DNA of 64,000 nucleotides from Tubulanus polymorphus (taxonomy: Eukaryota > Animalia > Nemertea): contig NC_134034.1 in NCBI RefSeq assembly GCF_964204645.1, forward strand, positions 4,438,914-4,502,913. Reading direction: 5' to 3'. Positions 1-16,106 of the stretch are shown in pieces; within the stretch, counting starts at the first letter, position 1; each line of letters begins with the position of its first letter. The notes under the pieces were generated by a model. It saw nothing but the letters and a program-made list of their open reading frames with translations, was not told where the DNA came from and ran no database searches. Position numbers and translations under genes: made by a program.

Positions 1-1294
<1,294 letters not shown>

Positions 1295-1307
1295 CTCCTC
1301 CCCTGCT
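1295..1307 (-). promoter_or_regulatory. Polypurine tract of Gypsy element
   Basis: Minus strand reads GCAGGGGAGGAG immediately before the TG of the LTR, just after the pol stop at 1332. Confidence 0.8.
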
Positions 1308-1331
1308 TAAAGAAAATCAACAGAATGAATC

Positions 1332-4300
1332 TCAAGAACTCTGAATGATATTAAGCAATGAGGTAAGTATGAAAGGATTAGAGGAAATAGATTCATCTTT
1401 AGCTATACGCATCAATATCTCTGCTCTCCGCTCCCAATCTGGGATACTCGAATTCTCCTCTTTCCCAGTAGAGATACCAGCGTTGCACATCACATAATCA
1501 TCATATCTAGCTGGCACTTTCCGAGTTCTCCCTGATCTTCTAGGTGGAGTAGGTGGAGTTGACACTTCTTCCTCATCCATAGATCCATCATCATCTCGTT
1601 CCTCAACCTCCATAGGTAAAACATGATCTGAGCCGTCACCATTTTCTATCCTTCCGGCAGGTTGCAATTCTGTTGCATTCGACCCCTCCAAAACCGTGAT
1701 GGCAGCATCTTGACCACTCTGTTCGGGAACACGTAATGTCTCTATATCGTTTACCTTAGTGACTGGCACACGGGGCACTACTGTTTCTATCCCAACATCT
1801 CCATCTGTCTCAGTAATCGTTATCGTACACCCATCCATCTCCTCAAGTGGAAGGTCATCCTCCTTCTCTTCTACAGTTTCTTCAGTCTGAATTTTCTCTC
1901 CTGTTTTTTCCACACGGTTACTTCCAGTTTCCTTCGATTCAGTTTCTTTGTCATCTCGTAACGGAAATGCCAAACGACAGAGTTGATTACGATGCAAACT
2001 CGTCTGTTTTCCTGACCGGATCCCCTCAAGTTCATAGACCGGAAACGCATCGTCCTTCTGTCTAGTTACACGATACTCTTCATCGCACCACCTGCTAGAT
2101 AGTTTCCCGGTAGAAGCTGGTCCGACGATTCTAACGAGTACGAAATCACCAATTTGAATGGGACCACCGGATACCTTTTGGTCATAATACCATGCGGCTT
2201 TGTCGGATTTCTCTTCCATTCGTTCTCTCGCGACCCTCCACGTTTCTGCTATCTCCTCCATAGCACCATACACTTGGTCAAGTGGTAAAACTGGAGTACG
2301 TCCAAACATAAGGGTGTACGGAGTAAACCCTGTAGTATCATGAGGGCTGCAGTTGTACTGCCATACTGTCGTAGAAATATCTTCCGCTTGGTTTTCTGAT
2401 TCGTGTCTAAGAGTCGAAGTCTACTGAGCAGCGTGCCATTCATTCGCTCACAGCATCCATTCCCCATAGGGTGATATGGTGTCGTCCGACTTTTTTTAAT
2501 CCCAAGGATTGCACACAACTCCGACATCACATTCCCCTCAAAATTCCTTCCCTGGTCGCTGTGCAACGTCTTAGGAATTCCATATCTTACGATGAAATGG
2601 TCATAGATGGCACGAGCAGCTGTCCGGGCATGCTGATTCCTAGTAGGGATGACGACACTTAACTTTGAAAAATGATCCGTCAACACCAACAAGTTTTCAT
2701 ACCCATGCGATGGCTCTAACGACAGGAAATCCATGCAGAGCAGCAGTTCAAGCGGTTCACTCGTAACTATATTCTCCTATATTCTCTAATGGAGCAATCT
2801 GGGATTTAGCTTTATGAACCGTGCATCTCTTACAACTTCCGATGTACCACTCAACATCCCTAAACATTCCGGGCCATAGGAGTCTGCTATTGACGGCTTC
2901 CCACGTTTTATCTCTCCCTAGACGACCTAATCTATCGTTTGCTAGATGGAGGATGTTGCCACTTTCCTCAGGAGGTACCTGCACCTGGACCTCCTCGGCA
3001 TCGTGCTCCGTCTTCCTCCTCACCACAAGATCGTTCGCCAAGCTCAAAGATGGGAAATACTTACGATATTTTTGCTCCTGACGATTTGTAGGACAGAAGG
3101 GCTTCCTCTCTAACAATAATCTGTGAAGCTTCGATATGACAGGATCCTGAGACTGCATCCATTTCAAGTCGATTCTGGAAGGCACATCCCAATTATTCTC
3201 ATCGGAACTGACTACTCCGGAAATCTGATATGTTTTTTTTCCAGGAACATAGTGCAGCTCTAAATCGTACACGGAAAGACTCTGTAGCTAGCGGTGACCG
3301 GTGGCTTCAAGTTTGGCATTTTTCAAAGCGTAAGTCAAAGGATTATTGTCTGTCTCGACTACACAGTGATGACCGTACAGATAGTCGTGAAAGACATCAC
3401 ATGCCCATTTCAGAGCTAGAAACTCGAGCTTTGCCACGGGATACCTGGTTTCTGACGGCTTTAAAGTTCTGCTGGCAAAACCAATCACTCGACGCTGACC
3501 TTGCTGCTCTTGATAAAGGACTGCACCAAGTCCTGCAGTTGATGCATCCGTTCTAAGCGTGAACGGCAACGAATAGTCCGCAAAACCCAGCATACGAGGT
3601 TGGCATAAAGTAGACTTCAACCGTTGGAATGCATCCTCCTCCGATCCCGTCCATTTTGAGAGTGGGTGCTTGGACTTCCGACGAGTTTGTGGTATATCCT
3701 TAAGTAGGTCAGTGAGTGGCTTGGCAATCCGCGAAAAGTCTTTCACAAACCGGCGATAAAACCCAGCAAAACCCAAAAACGAACGTAACTCCGCAACGGA
3801 CTTCGGTGGTTGCCACTCCGCAATCGCTCTGGTCTTTTCCGGATCATTCCAATTCCTTTTTCTGATATCTTATGGCCAAGATACAGTACTTCAGTGTGCA
3901 GAAACTTACATTTAGATGGTTTCGCCTTCGATCCGGCTTTCTCAAACGCTGGAAGACTTCATTATTACATGTGCTGATCTGCTCCCTTCGAAAAAAACAA
4001 TGATATCGTCTAAATACACCAAACAGGTTTTCAGATTTAAATCACAAAGTACCCTCTCCATAGTTCTTTGAAACGACGCCGCGGCACGGGTTAACCCGAA
4101 GGGCATCTTTTTAAATTCGAAGAACCCAAAACCTGGTCCTATGTTGAACGCCGTTTTTTCTCGATCTCTATCCGCCATCTTTTACTGCTAATACCTACTC
4201 TTCAAATCTATCACGGTAAACCTATCGCATTCAGATAAGTTTTTCAGCACCTCGTCGATTCGTGGTAAGCTGTACCGGTCCGGTATCGTCTTTCGGTTGA

Positions 4301-5470
4301 GCTCACGATAGTCCACGAAAAACGTAATTCCCCATTTTTCTTCCTTACAAGGACGACTGGACTTGAGTAAGGGCTGATTGAGCGACGGATAACACCCGCC
4401 TCTAACATCATTTTAAGATGTTTCCGGACTTCTTCCATTCCAGGCGGAACATGACGATACCGAAGGTTAATAGGTTCCTCATCCGTCATTCGAATGGTGT
4501 GTTCAGCTATGTCGGTTGTCCCCAGATCTAGATCGTCGAGCGCAAAGATATGCTTCCACTTAGTGAGTAGTTGTTTCAGCATGTCTTTCCCCTCATCAGT
4601 TGAAACTCCTGTCACATCAATCGATTTAAGGAATTCCTCATTTGTAACTTCCGTACCTTTTTTTTACCTCAGCATCTTCAGAATGCGTATTGACATCGCC
4701 CGCAACAACCTCCGTGACGGGAACTATACTGCTGATTACTGTCTTGTTCGGTATAGTCACTTTCTTCTCACTGGCATTCCTCATACGAACTGCAACTCGG
4801 CAACATCGTACAGCTGGGAGTACAGACACAGTGGGAACAACATACAGCGATCCTGGAATCACAAGAGAGTCTCCGGACGTCATAAAACAATTAAAATTAC
4901 TATTTACAGAAGATCGAACTAACCTCGGAATTTGGTTCAACATCAACACAACGGGTAGTTTTAACATAACATGTGGAACCATCAATACTCGAGTCGGGTG
5001 GAACCAACGGAATAGAACCGAAACACTTCAGCGCGTTAGTGCCCAATAACACAGGAACTCTGTCATCGTAGTCCGTAGAGAATTCACCACGAGAAATAAC
5101 ACGTTCGACAAAGAATCGTTGTATTCAACACTCAATTAGCAATAACCCTGAAATGGTAAGTCGGCACGCTAACAGTTGAAACTGAAAACCCAGGGCACAA
5201 ATCATTTAACGGATATACAGGTACATCTTTGCCAAAATGATTCAATAAAAACTCACGTGATACTGTTGACACCATTGAACCCGAATCTATTAAGCCAAAA
5301 CATTCAATGCTACCTTTCTTAAGACTTACTTCATTTGGTGCTCCGATAAGGTCCGCAGTACTGAGGCTTTCTACTTGCCCGTCCGCTCGTTGCCTCCAGG
5401 AGTGGACGTCTGATCGTTTCCCTGACTCTGCTACGGGCAGAACTTTCCAATATGTCCTTTCTGTTTGCAA
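1332..5470 (-). pseudogene. pol: Gypsy pol (protease, RT, RNase H, integrase), frameshifted
   Basis: Protease LIDSGS (5132-5470); RT YLDDII (3942-4178); RNase H TDAS..GLGAVL (3288-3776); integrase HSDQGRNF and YHPMGNG (2249-2734); C-terminal RRSGRTRKVPARYDDY. Confidence 0.95.
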
Positions 5471-5542
5471 CCGTAGCAGATCCTTTCTTCTAGTGGTACC
5501 AACGGCTTCCGGTTATTTCCTCTCCGCCATCCAGTTCCCTTC

Positions 5543-5760
5543 CAGGGCCGTCGGACGGAACAGGGGCGGCAGGGGCGGCCAAAGCCGCCCCACTTTTTTG
5601 CTTAACAAAATTTTTTTCAAAAGCACGCTGTACCGCGTAGCAGCTCGTCGTTCTCTGTACTAGGTGGTTGGCTCACGACTTCTGCTTCTCATGCTTCTGT
5701 GAATGAGACCGTAAAATGACCCCAAAACGCATCCCCGGCGATTGAATTTTCAAATTTTTT
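5543..5760 (+). mobile_element. Truncated hAT-like MITE fragment inserted between gag and protease
   Basis: Starts CAGGGCCG with GC-rich GGGGCGGC/GCCGCCCC inverted motifs and interrupts the coding sequence; no right TIR or TSD found. Confidence 0.45.
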
Positions 5761-5769
5761 CAAATTCTC

Positions 5770-6748
5770 TTCTCTGAACTTCCAATTTCTCTGTTCGAGT
5801 CGCTGTTCTTTGGGCTATTCCATATCTCGCTGCATTTTCTCGAATTGTTTCATCAGCGTTTTCAGCTGACCGAGCATATCACCCTCTGTAGAGGAAACTG
5901 AGGTTTGCTGAACCGTAGCCTTCCTGAAAACTTTCCTACACCCGCTACATCCTCTTCTACCTCAGACTTCGCCTTTCGCGCCTCAGTAACTAAACGGCGG
6001 AAGGAATGCGGCGGCTCCTTGAATGTTCGAATTGCCATCTTCAGCGGCAACGAGTGCAAGCCTCTCCAAAATTGCACCTTGAGGGATTCCTGGGTAATAT
6101 AAGCCTTCCAAGATGGAGTTGATCTGATTTTTTATGCGATCTCCCCCAGTCTGGATGACCAATCTGCTATCGACTCCGATTCTCGTTGTATTGCTTGGTG
6201 AAACTCCACCATTAATTCTTCCGCTGTGTGGACTTCCCCAAATGTAGCTTCCATCCTATCGACTATCTCAGCGACGGTGACCAATTCGATTTCATCATAC
6301 ACATTAGTTAGCCAAGCAATGCCGTACCCCGCAAAGATGATCGGATGATGCGTAAACGAACTGCTTCCGATAATGACGTATCTCTCATTAACCCTCGTAC
6401 TTCTTGTCGCCATTAAAGGTATGAAACCTCTCCTTCTGATTCGGATCCACTAAACTGACCAATTCGTGGTGCTTGGATTGAGATGTTTTTCACGGCTTGG
6501 ATAGATTCTCGATAAGAAGTTGCAGCTACATCATTGACGGATTCAACCGAAGGCTTTGAAGCTGAAGTACCCGGTGCTGTATAAGACAATTCCTTCTTCA
6601 CTGCCTCATGGATGTGTCCCTCCATTTTCCCTACTAATCTGCTTTTTGTTCTCGTAGGTAGGCTTGAGAATGTCTTAATCATTTCCGCCAGCTTCGTCTC
6701 TTCATCAAAAACTTCTCTCAAAAACTCTTCGTGCGACGCAACAGACAT
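5770..6748 (-). pseudogene. gag: Gypsy gag (PNMA-like capsid), frameshifted
   Basis: ATG at 6748 (MSVASHEEF); motifs PRIGQFSG..GEVSY, FHQAIQRESESI and QFWRGL across ORF fragments 6413-7015, 6132-6413 and 5862-6077. Confidence 0.8.
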
Positions 6749-7602
6749 AACATACTCACCCTGGCTCACCTGAACCCTCGAGCCATTCAAGCGTCGTGCA
6801 TCTGAAACTGAGCGAGCATTGCTAAACGTTATAAACGTTATAAAAATACCCCCGAGGCTAGAAGACTGGCTGGAAGCTTCGACCTTGCCACACCCGGAGA
6901 AATATTCCTCACAAAATTTTCTAATCCCCCTATTAGGACAGACCTCTCGCATAGAGCCATAATATGCTCGCAGACAATAATTGCTCCAAAACAAAATTTT
7001 AAGCTTATTTAGCAAATCACATGCAAACCTAAGAAAAACAACACAAATGATAACTTAAGCATGAAACCGTAAACATACACGAATTTAAATCAAGCAACTT
7101 AATTTAAATAAATAAGCAATAAATAATAACTGAAATGCTTTACAGTATAATTCAGGTAATAAAATCAACTCAAATTAAAATGAATTTCATCATGGTCATG
7201 CATAGACGAAAACACAAAATTAAATGAAATTGTCAATATCTCTCGGTCACCTGCACAAAATCACCACCATGCAAACTAAATTGAGTTCAAGAACTAAAGC
7301 ACAGGTCGGCAGATTGCAAGCAACTAATATTCTACCGTCTACCAATAAGTAGAAATTTTTCACTCACGAAATCGATGAATTCACTTCCAATTCCGATGGC
7401 GTTGATGATCATTTACAAGTGGACTTAACATTTCATACACTGGTACCAGATTTACGACCAATCATCACACCTCACACCGGAAATTACAGAAGTATTCTTC
7501 ATCGCAAGATCGGAGAATTCGTTATCGTAGGATCGTCTACACTGGACGGGCAGATGTCCGTGGTTGACACTTTAATGTTGATTCGTTTCAATTTTATCCA
7601 TT

Positions 7603-7618
7603 TCCCGGACGAGCCCCA
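7603..7618 (-). promoter_or_regulatory. Primer binding site complementary to the tRNA-Pro 3' end
   Basis: Minus strand TGGGGCTCGTCCGGGA, 3 nt after the LTR end ...GCGACA at 7622; one G fewer than the canonical Pro PBS. Confidence 0.9.
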
Positions 7619-7621
7619 ATA

Positions 7622-9454
<1,833 letters not shown>

Positions 9455-10451
9455 TATCATATACATACAGGGAGAATTACATTTAAATTTAAGTTCAGTT
9501 CAAATTCATGAGATGCAAAGCTGTTTAACTACTAACCCAACCGATTGACTATCGATGTAGGTCGGTGTACGCTTAGAACTGGTTAGCGGGTACGAGTACC
9601 AGTTAATAGATAACGCTGTCCCTTTTGAATCGTTATATTTGTGTCCGGCTATGTGTAACTGTAGCATTTTTCGTGGCATGTTGAACTGGCAAATGGTAAA
9701 TCATTCGGCAGACATATATGTACGTTTGGCATCGTTAAACAGATCATTATGATAATTACGGTTGGGATAGTGCACAGCTGTAAGAGTATATTCAAACCGA
9801 ATACATTCATTTCAGGTTATTTAGATCAAATCGGCCAACACGCCAATAATTTGCAGTTCAATCCTGCGGGTAAGACCAAACGGAACAGAACGGTGAACAT
9901 AGTAAGTAAAAATCATTCCCATAAGTTTTAATATCATGCACGAAACCTCAAATGCATAGTTAATGCAGCTTATACAATGGATTCGTGAAACGGCTACTAA
10001 TCTATGTAATTAACAACGTTTCGCTATAATCTATCTCACCATCTCCGATGAATTGTTTCTGGTGAATGTGTATGTATGTGCTAGTAACACTTGTACCGCT
10101 AGGAGTAAAATGATTTAACGACGCTCCGAACGTCTATTATTTGGAGCCTGTCACAAGCCTCAACAAGGAACTTGATATAAACTGACTTGATATCACTGTC
10201 TAAAACATAAAGTGAGAATAATGATGAAATTCATCAACTTCTGTGAGGCAGTCCTCATGATTATCACCGCCCTTTATGTTGTCACAATCAGGACATGAAC
10301 GTACGACATTCGAAATACAAGTAAAAATACTCCAATTACACAGCATTTAGAATGTGCGATCGAAAACTAAATGAATACGTAACTCTTCTAAAAGTTGACC
10401 TGTTTACTTTCTTATTTAGAATTGAAATAAAGAATAAATAAGATTTCTACT

Positions 10452-11171
10452 ATGCCTGAACACTCTTGCTACGAATGGAACCAAGATTTTTATCTAGGCT
10501 CACCTACCGGGCAACCCGATATGTCGGATAGCGAAGAAATAATGGTCAAACGCTTTTACAACGTACTACAACGCTCACTGTACGAAACCAACAATCCGGA
10601 GACCGAGGACCGCGCGGGGATACCAAGGAAGAAAGTACCAGAATCTGGGATAACAGTCGTCATATTGTCATCGCCGTTAGAATGCTTGCAGATATTGCTA
10701 CAGGGCGGCGAGTCTTGTCCCGGCAATGTGCATCTCGTTCTGTCAACTTCTTGGTTATCAGTGAAACAAAGCGATCGAAATCCGTCGTTGAAAACGGTCT
10801 ATCTGCACAAAGCGATATCGATGTACAAGGGAGGCTACAGTTATTTAGACGTGTTCGATGCACCGCGACGGGTGACTTACTTAATGAATAACTTAACCGA
10901 TGAGGCCGAATTTGAAAATGGTTTAGATTGTCCGACCTCGTGTTCGATTAACGAGAAAATAGATGACATAATTAGGACACGTATGTTAATGGCCAAAGCT
11001 GGTATATCTTACCCGGAGAGTTTGGTTTTCTGTTACGACGTTTCCGGATATGAATTACCGCCGGATGATGGAAGTATAAATTTGGTTGAAGTCGATTATA
11101 CGCAAATAGAGGATGTTGTTGGCGAAATGATAGAGCGATTCCTGCCAGATGTCGACTTCCTGAATGACAAG
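10452..11171 (+). CDS. CARNS1: Carnosine synthase 1-like (ATP-grasp ligase), coding exon 1
   Basis: ATG at 10452; open frame to donor AAG|GTACGA; phase 0. Confidence 0.85.
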
Positions 11172-11875
11172 GTACGATTCCTGGGTAATTTAAGATGGTT
11201 TTCTACGGCCGCAAGCGTCGTACGCGTCGCAAAGGCTCGGTGATCTACGCACCCTTGCGACAACCAGCGGCGCCTATAATGCTTGTTAATCGAAGCTGTT
11301 CTATATACCACCTCCGACGTTTTGATCCTTTATTTCACAATCAGGACCCAATTCCAGACTAGTGAGTTAGAGTTATCTCAGGTTTTAAGGAACCCAAAGT
11401 CGAATCATAACTGGACTCTGTTTATCTGCTATTTATATGCACCATTTTTTGGGAAAGCGATTCAGAAATAAACTTCTACCTGAATTTGCTTTCGTTTTCA
11501 TTTATCAGCCATAGTTTACTCAGAACGCGCTCACGTGATGCTGAAAAACCGATCCGTAATCGCCCGCGATCACGTCGCTTATTCATTGGCAAAATGCGAT
11601 ACAAGTGGCACACCATTACGGTGCGCAAAGCCGTTCTTCAGCATTAGGCAAGCGTATTCTAAGGAGATCACTTGCTGAAGGATTAAAGCAAAGGCGGGCT
11701 AATGCAAATCCATTGTCTTTTCTTCTTAATGGATGTCCTTAATGAAATGAACTGATGCATAATATACGCAGATAGACAGGTATTTAACGATATAACGGAT
11801 CGAATCGTTGCACGGAGAACGTAATCGGTTGTCACAACCGCTATCGCAAAAGCTCTTTTATATACATTATGATAG

Positions 11876-12038
11876 GTCGTCGTAAAACCGATCGGAAACT
11901 CATATAATGATGATGAACCAGCGACCAGCATTCATAATTACGTCGAATATGAAGCCATTTGTAAGAGAGCGGTAACTGTTCTGTCTACACCTGGAAATGG
12001 CGTATTGATAGAGAGGTTCTGTGACCCGGGTCCAACGG
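11876..12038 (+). CDS. CARNS1: Carnosine synthase 1-like, coding exon 2
   Basis: TAG|GTC acceptor; VVVKPIG...VLIERFCDPGPT; donor G|GTAAGC; phase 1. Confidence 0.8.
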
Positions 12039-12734
12039 GTAAGCTTATGTTTCATTGAAGTGAAATCAAGAGCATAAACATAAAATTTTATGATGGTAAC
12101 TGATTCGGGCCAAATTAAAGGAATGACATTGACACGTAATCTGTACCGATTTTTTACACTTAACGAACACTATTTCTTATTAATAAGATTACGTACCTTT
12201 GAACTAATTTATCATTCAAAAGTCAGGTAAAAACCAGCTTTTCGTTTTAGCGTTGTATTTCTCATTGTGCTTTTAATGTGGTGTTTTCGTGTTATGTATT
12301 TTGGGTAAAGATTAAGTGTCATATTACTTTTCATCATTTAACCTGCAAACCAGCCAGTTTACAATAAAAAGGGTCCCAAGATTTGGAATCAATTTAGTCA
12401 CTCAGAAAAAACAGGTTAAAGCTTAAAGAAATGTTCAAGTCAAAGATGAAACGCCGATTATACATATCCACTTATTAATTGATCTTCTTTTAGTCGTTCA
12501 CTTTATGCGGCTATTGATGTATCTATATATCTCTGTATTTATCGCAAATAATATTGTACAGTAGCCAACTACTCAATTTATTTATTTAGCAAACCTTTTC
12601 TACACGCCTTGCTTTTTCTGAAACCCCAGTTTTATATTACAACATGATGTAATTTACGTGCACATTTCTGCAATTTATTCCTGAATAGAAAAATGAATAG
12701 TAACAAGAAGAAGTACTATTTGATAAAATTACAG

Positions 12735-13037
12735 TTGATGCGAAAAACGATATTTCCTTCCGAATAAGAACTATTGTGTGTAGAGGGCGCTGCGACGAAC
12801 CAATCACCACTGGCTTTATATGCAGAGTCGGTCGTAAAAACGAGCCAATCACCAGCGACAACGCGGTTCCACAATCGATAGAATCGACGCTGCAGCTGTG
12901 GGGCTTTGGAGTGCCAGAAATAGATAGAATTAAAGAACAGTTGGTGAACAAATCCCAAAATTTGCTCGGAAAGATAATTCTATATGAAAAAAACCACAAT
13001 GCCGCGGAACTCACCGATTTAAAAACAGATATGATTA
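12735..13037 (+). CDS. CARNS1: Carnosine synthase 1-like, coding exon 3
   Basis: CAG acceptor; FRIRTIVCRG...CRVGRKNEPI...QSIESTLQLWG...KTDMI; donor A|GTAAGT; phases match neighbours. Confidence 0.85.
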
Positions 13038-13200
13038 GTAAGTGAACTGCGTGATCGAAATGAAGTCAAAGTCATCTATTATCGTAAGCCCTTTTTATAT
13101 ATTAGGAGAACGGATCCGCTTCCGAGAATTCCGCAAAATCATCGAAAATTTTATACTCCTCCGTGACACCACGTACTAACTTGTTTTCATAATTTTTCAG

Positions 13201-13475
13201 CTGTTGATTACATTTTGACGAAATGCGACGGTCTGTACGTTCCGATCGGTATCGGAGTGAAAACTCGTCGAAGCCTGGCGAGCTGTCAAGTATTTGAGTT
13301 CATCAGTAATCCAGATACGAACCTGCATTCAGGAGCGTTGGTTGCTCCATTGATCGAGATGATGTGCGAAAAATCTCAGAGGTATGCGATGTGGGGCAAA
13401 ATCCTATTAATGTTAAGCAAAGGACGATCTGCTAAAAAGTTCATGTGGAATGCTGCTCGCGAAGACAATATCAAG
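13201..13475 (+). CDS. CARNS1: Carnosine synthase 1-like, coding exon 4
   Basis: TTTTTCAG acceptor; VDYILT...SQRYAMWGK...KKFMWNAARE; donor AAG|GTAATT. Confidence 0.85.
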
Positions 13476-13647
13476 GTAATTCCTCATATTCTCTTCTCGT
13501 CAAATTCTTCGCATCTCTCATCGCAATTCATTCAGCAAACATCGGTAATTACATTCTTATTTGTCTAGTCCATATTGATCAAGTTGACAAACTCCAATGC
13601 CTAAATATGTCCTTAACCGTTTTGCAACAAGTGTTTACCATTTTTAC

Positions 13648-14573
13648 TGGGCACAGTTAACCGTAATTGGGCTCAACTCCGTTTTCTGGTTAAGTAGTTC
13701 TGGCGGCGAATAACAGTACATACAAATTAATACGCCAAGGGCATTGTCGAAGAAATATCCTTCGACAATCCGACAATCAGAAGCATTTTCGAGGAGATTT
13801 TTTTCGACAATCCGAGACAATCAGAAGCATTGCAGAAGAAATATCCTTTTGACAATCCGACAATCTGAAGCATTGTTGAGGAAATATCCTTTGACAATCC
13901 GACGATCAGTAGCATTCTCAAAGAAATTCCGGCTTAAATTTCCTTACATGAACCTGAAGTGGCTGGGATCGAGTCGCTGCTGGTTTGCGCGGATTACCTA
14001 TACAGAATGTTGCTGGGATTGGGGAGGGGCTGGTCGTTTGCGTGGATTACCTATATAAGTGGCTGGGATCGAGGGGCTGTGTGTTTGCGTAGATAACCCC
14101 TATATTAAATAAAGTAGCTGGGATCGAACGACTTGGTATTTGCGAAGATTACCCTCGTACAAAGTGGCCGGGATTGAAGGACTGTATGTCGAAATGTCGG
14201 ATACCGGGCGAGCGGGTTTTAATTTTTATATAACAAAAGACAATTGATGCGCATTTGACTTATTAAAATTTTCATTAGGGAAATTTTATTACGAGGACGG
14301 CATTGAGGTTTTATGAGAAACTAGGGTAAATGAGCTCAAATAGACACATTAAGAAATAAATATTTATTATGTGATTGTGGGATTGTCGATTTCCTCGACA
14401 TTGCTTGGTTTCTGATTGGTGGATTGTCGAAGTAGATTTTTTCGACAATGCTTCTGATTGTCAAAGGGAGGTCTCCGGACATGGGACAAAATCTGCATTA
14501 CGCAGTCTGCCCCTACGATATCGCACTAATCAAGCAGAAAACGGAGTTGAACCAACCGTTACGGGTTGCCCCA
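13648..14573. mobile_element. Intronic non-autonomous DNA element with imperfect TIRs and internal minisatellites
   Basis: TCAACTCCGTTTTCTG (left) vs CAGAAAACGGAGTTGA (right); ~45-bp GACAATCCGACAATCAGAAGCATT repeats at 13740-13920, inverted at 14380-14465; ~40-bp GGCTGGGATCGA...GATTACC repeats at 13957-14180. Confidence 0.6.
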
Positions 14574-16106
14574 CAACGCGAGACAACTAGTAACCCTCTA
14601 CATATTGACCACAACACTTGATTCTTTAAATTCTGGCTTGATTCTGGCTCCTAAAAACTGGAAACTAATTTAAGACATGGCCCACAACGTGTGGTAAATG
14701 CTTGAAACCATTCGTTGGTTGAAGATCGTGTTATATGACAGTAAGGCGTCGATCTGTCCATAATCCATATGTGTCTGTCTATATCAGTCCATATGTGACA
14801 CAGTTATTTCTTTACTTACCAGCAAATGTTATTACTGAAATCAAGTGACAGTGAAATTACGTGCACTTACCGGGGTCGTAGTCAGTAACCTGACTGTAGT
14901 TTAGTTTCACCATCGGATGTTTTCACGAACCACATTCAGGAATGAGAACGTCATTTTTGCAGGCAATTTTCGTAATCCAATTTGACTGATGATGAGTAAT
15001 TTGCCTGGCATTTTCTGGTCTTTTGATATATTCGACTAATTTTTGTTGTAATCAACGCACAACAGATTCGTAGTTTGTTTGATACCTATAACACCTCACT
15101 TGACGATCTTAATCCAATTTGGAAACGTGTGGAGGGTGCTGGCACCTGTGGACTGAGGCCAGGACACACCACAAACTAACGAAACGAAACGACGGAATTG
15201 AAAAAAATTAACACTTACTCACATTTTTCTTAAAGCAGAATTTATTTTTGCATTATCTATTATTGAAAACACGAAGATTTGAAATTTAAGTTGGAAAACC
15301 ATCAAAAATAAAAATTGTCGTTTCGTCCTCGAAGTTTAATATAAATCCTTGTAGGTCACCTTGTCTATCATGCCACATGTATGCAATACAGAGAAATGGC
15401 GGCCAATGGCGAAATTTGTGGAGAAATTAATTCATTTCTAAAAATAATGTTGATAAATCATTCGAAACATAAAGTTGGATTATTTCGAAAGGTACCTGTG
15501 TTAGTTTGTGAATTAAGCCATTAATTGTGGACTGAAGTCAATAGAAAGTATATTTTTGATGTGTTACTTTTTTCGACCGTGTTTTGGCCCTTGCCATCCC
15601 TAACGATGGTATAAGCTCATCCGATTATAAAAATCTTACCACCAACGATTAGGTAACTTACTACGGGGATCGAACCCCGGTCTCGTCAGTAGACCAATAG
15701 AACAATTCGATAATTTGTAATACAGCCTGATGTCATTTGTTTAACGACGAAATGCTGGAGAACGGGTTACTAACGCTCAGACACATAACTGTGACCTGTC
15801 TATTCATTCGCAATTTTAAATCCAGTTGTTGGCGTTTTTCATTATCACGCGCGGGTAATCTAGGTAAACAAACACTGATTGACAAAAGTAAAAGCAATTT
15901 TTTTGTGAATTGAAGGTTTATTCTAATTGCAAGACCCTTGCTAAAAAAAACTGATAAATAAGATACGCAAAACAACTGATAAGGTCGAGGGTCGTGTGTG
16001 ACAGAAATGGTTTTCAAAATCACTGTTGAAAAGCGATCAACTCTAAGCCTATAGTTTTGCGTCTGCTTGCAAATCGAATTACTCTCGAATTCTGCTTTCG
16101 ATTTAG

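Noticed and set aside
7603-7618. tRNA-Pro gene
   Set aside because: Only the 3' 16 nt match; it is the retrotransposon PBS
15655-15700. tRNA or SINE (B-box GGTTCGATCCC on the minus strand)
   Set aside because: No convincing A-box, cloverleaf or tail; at most a SINE remnant
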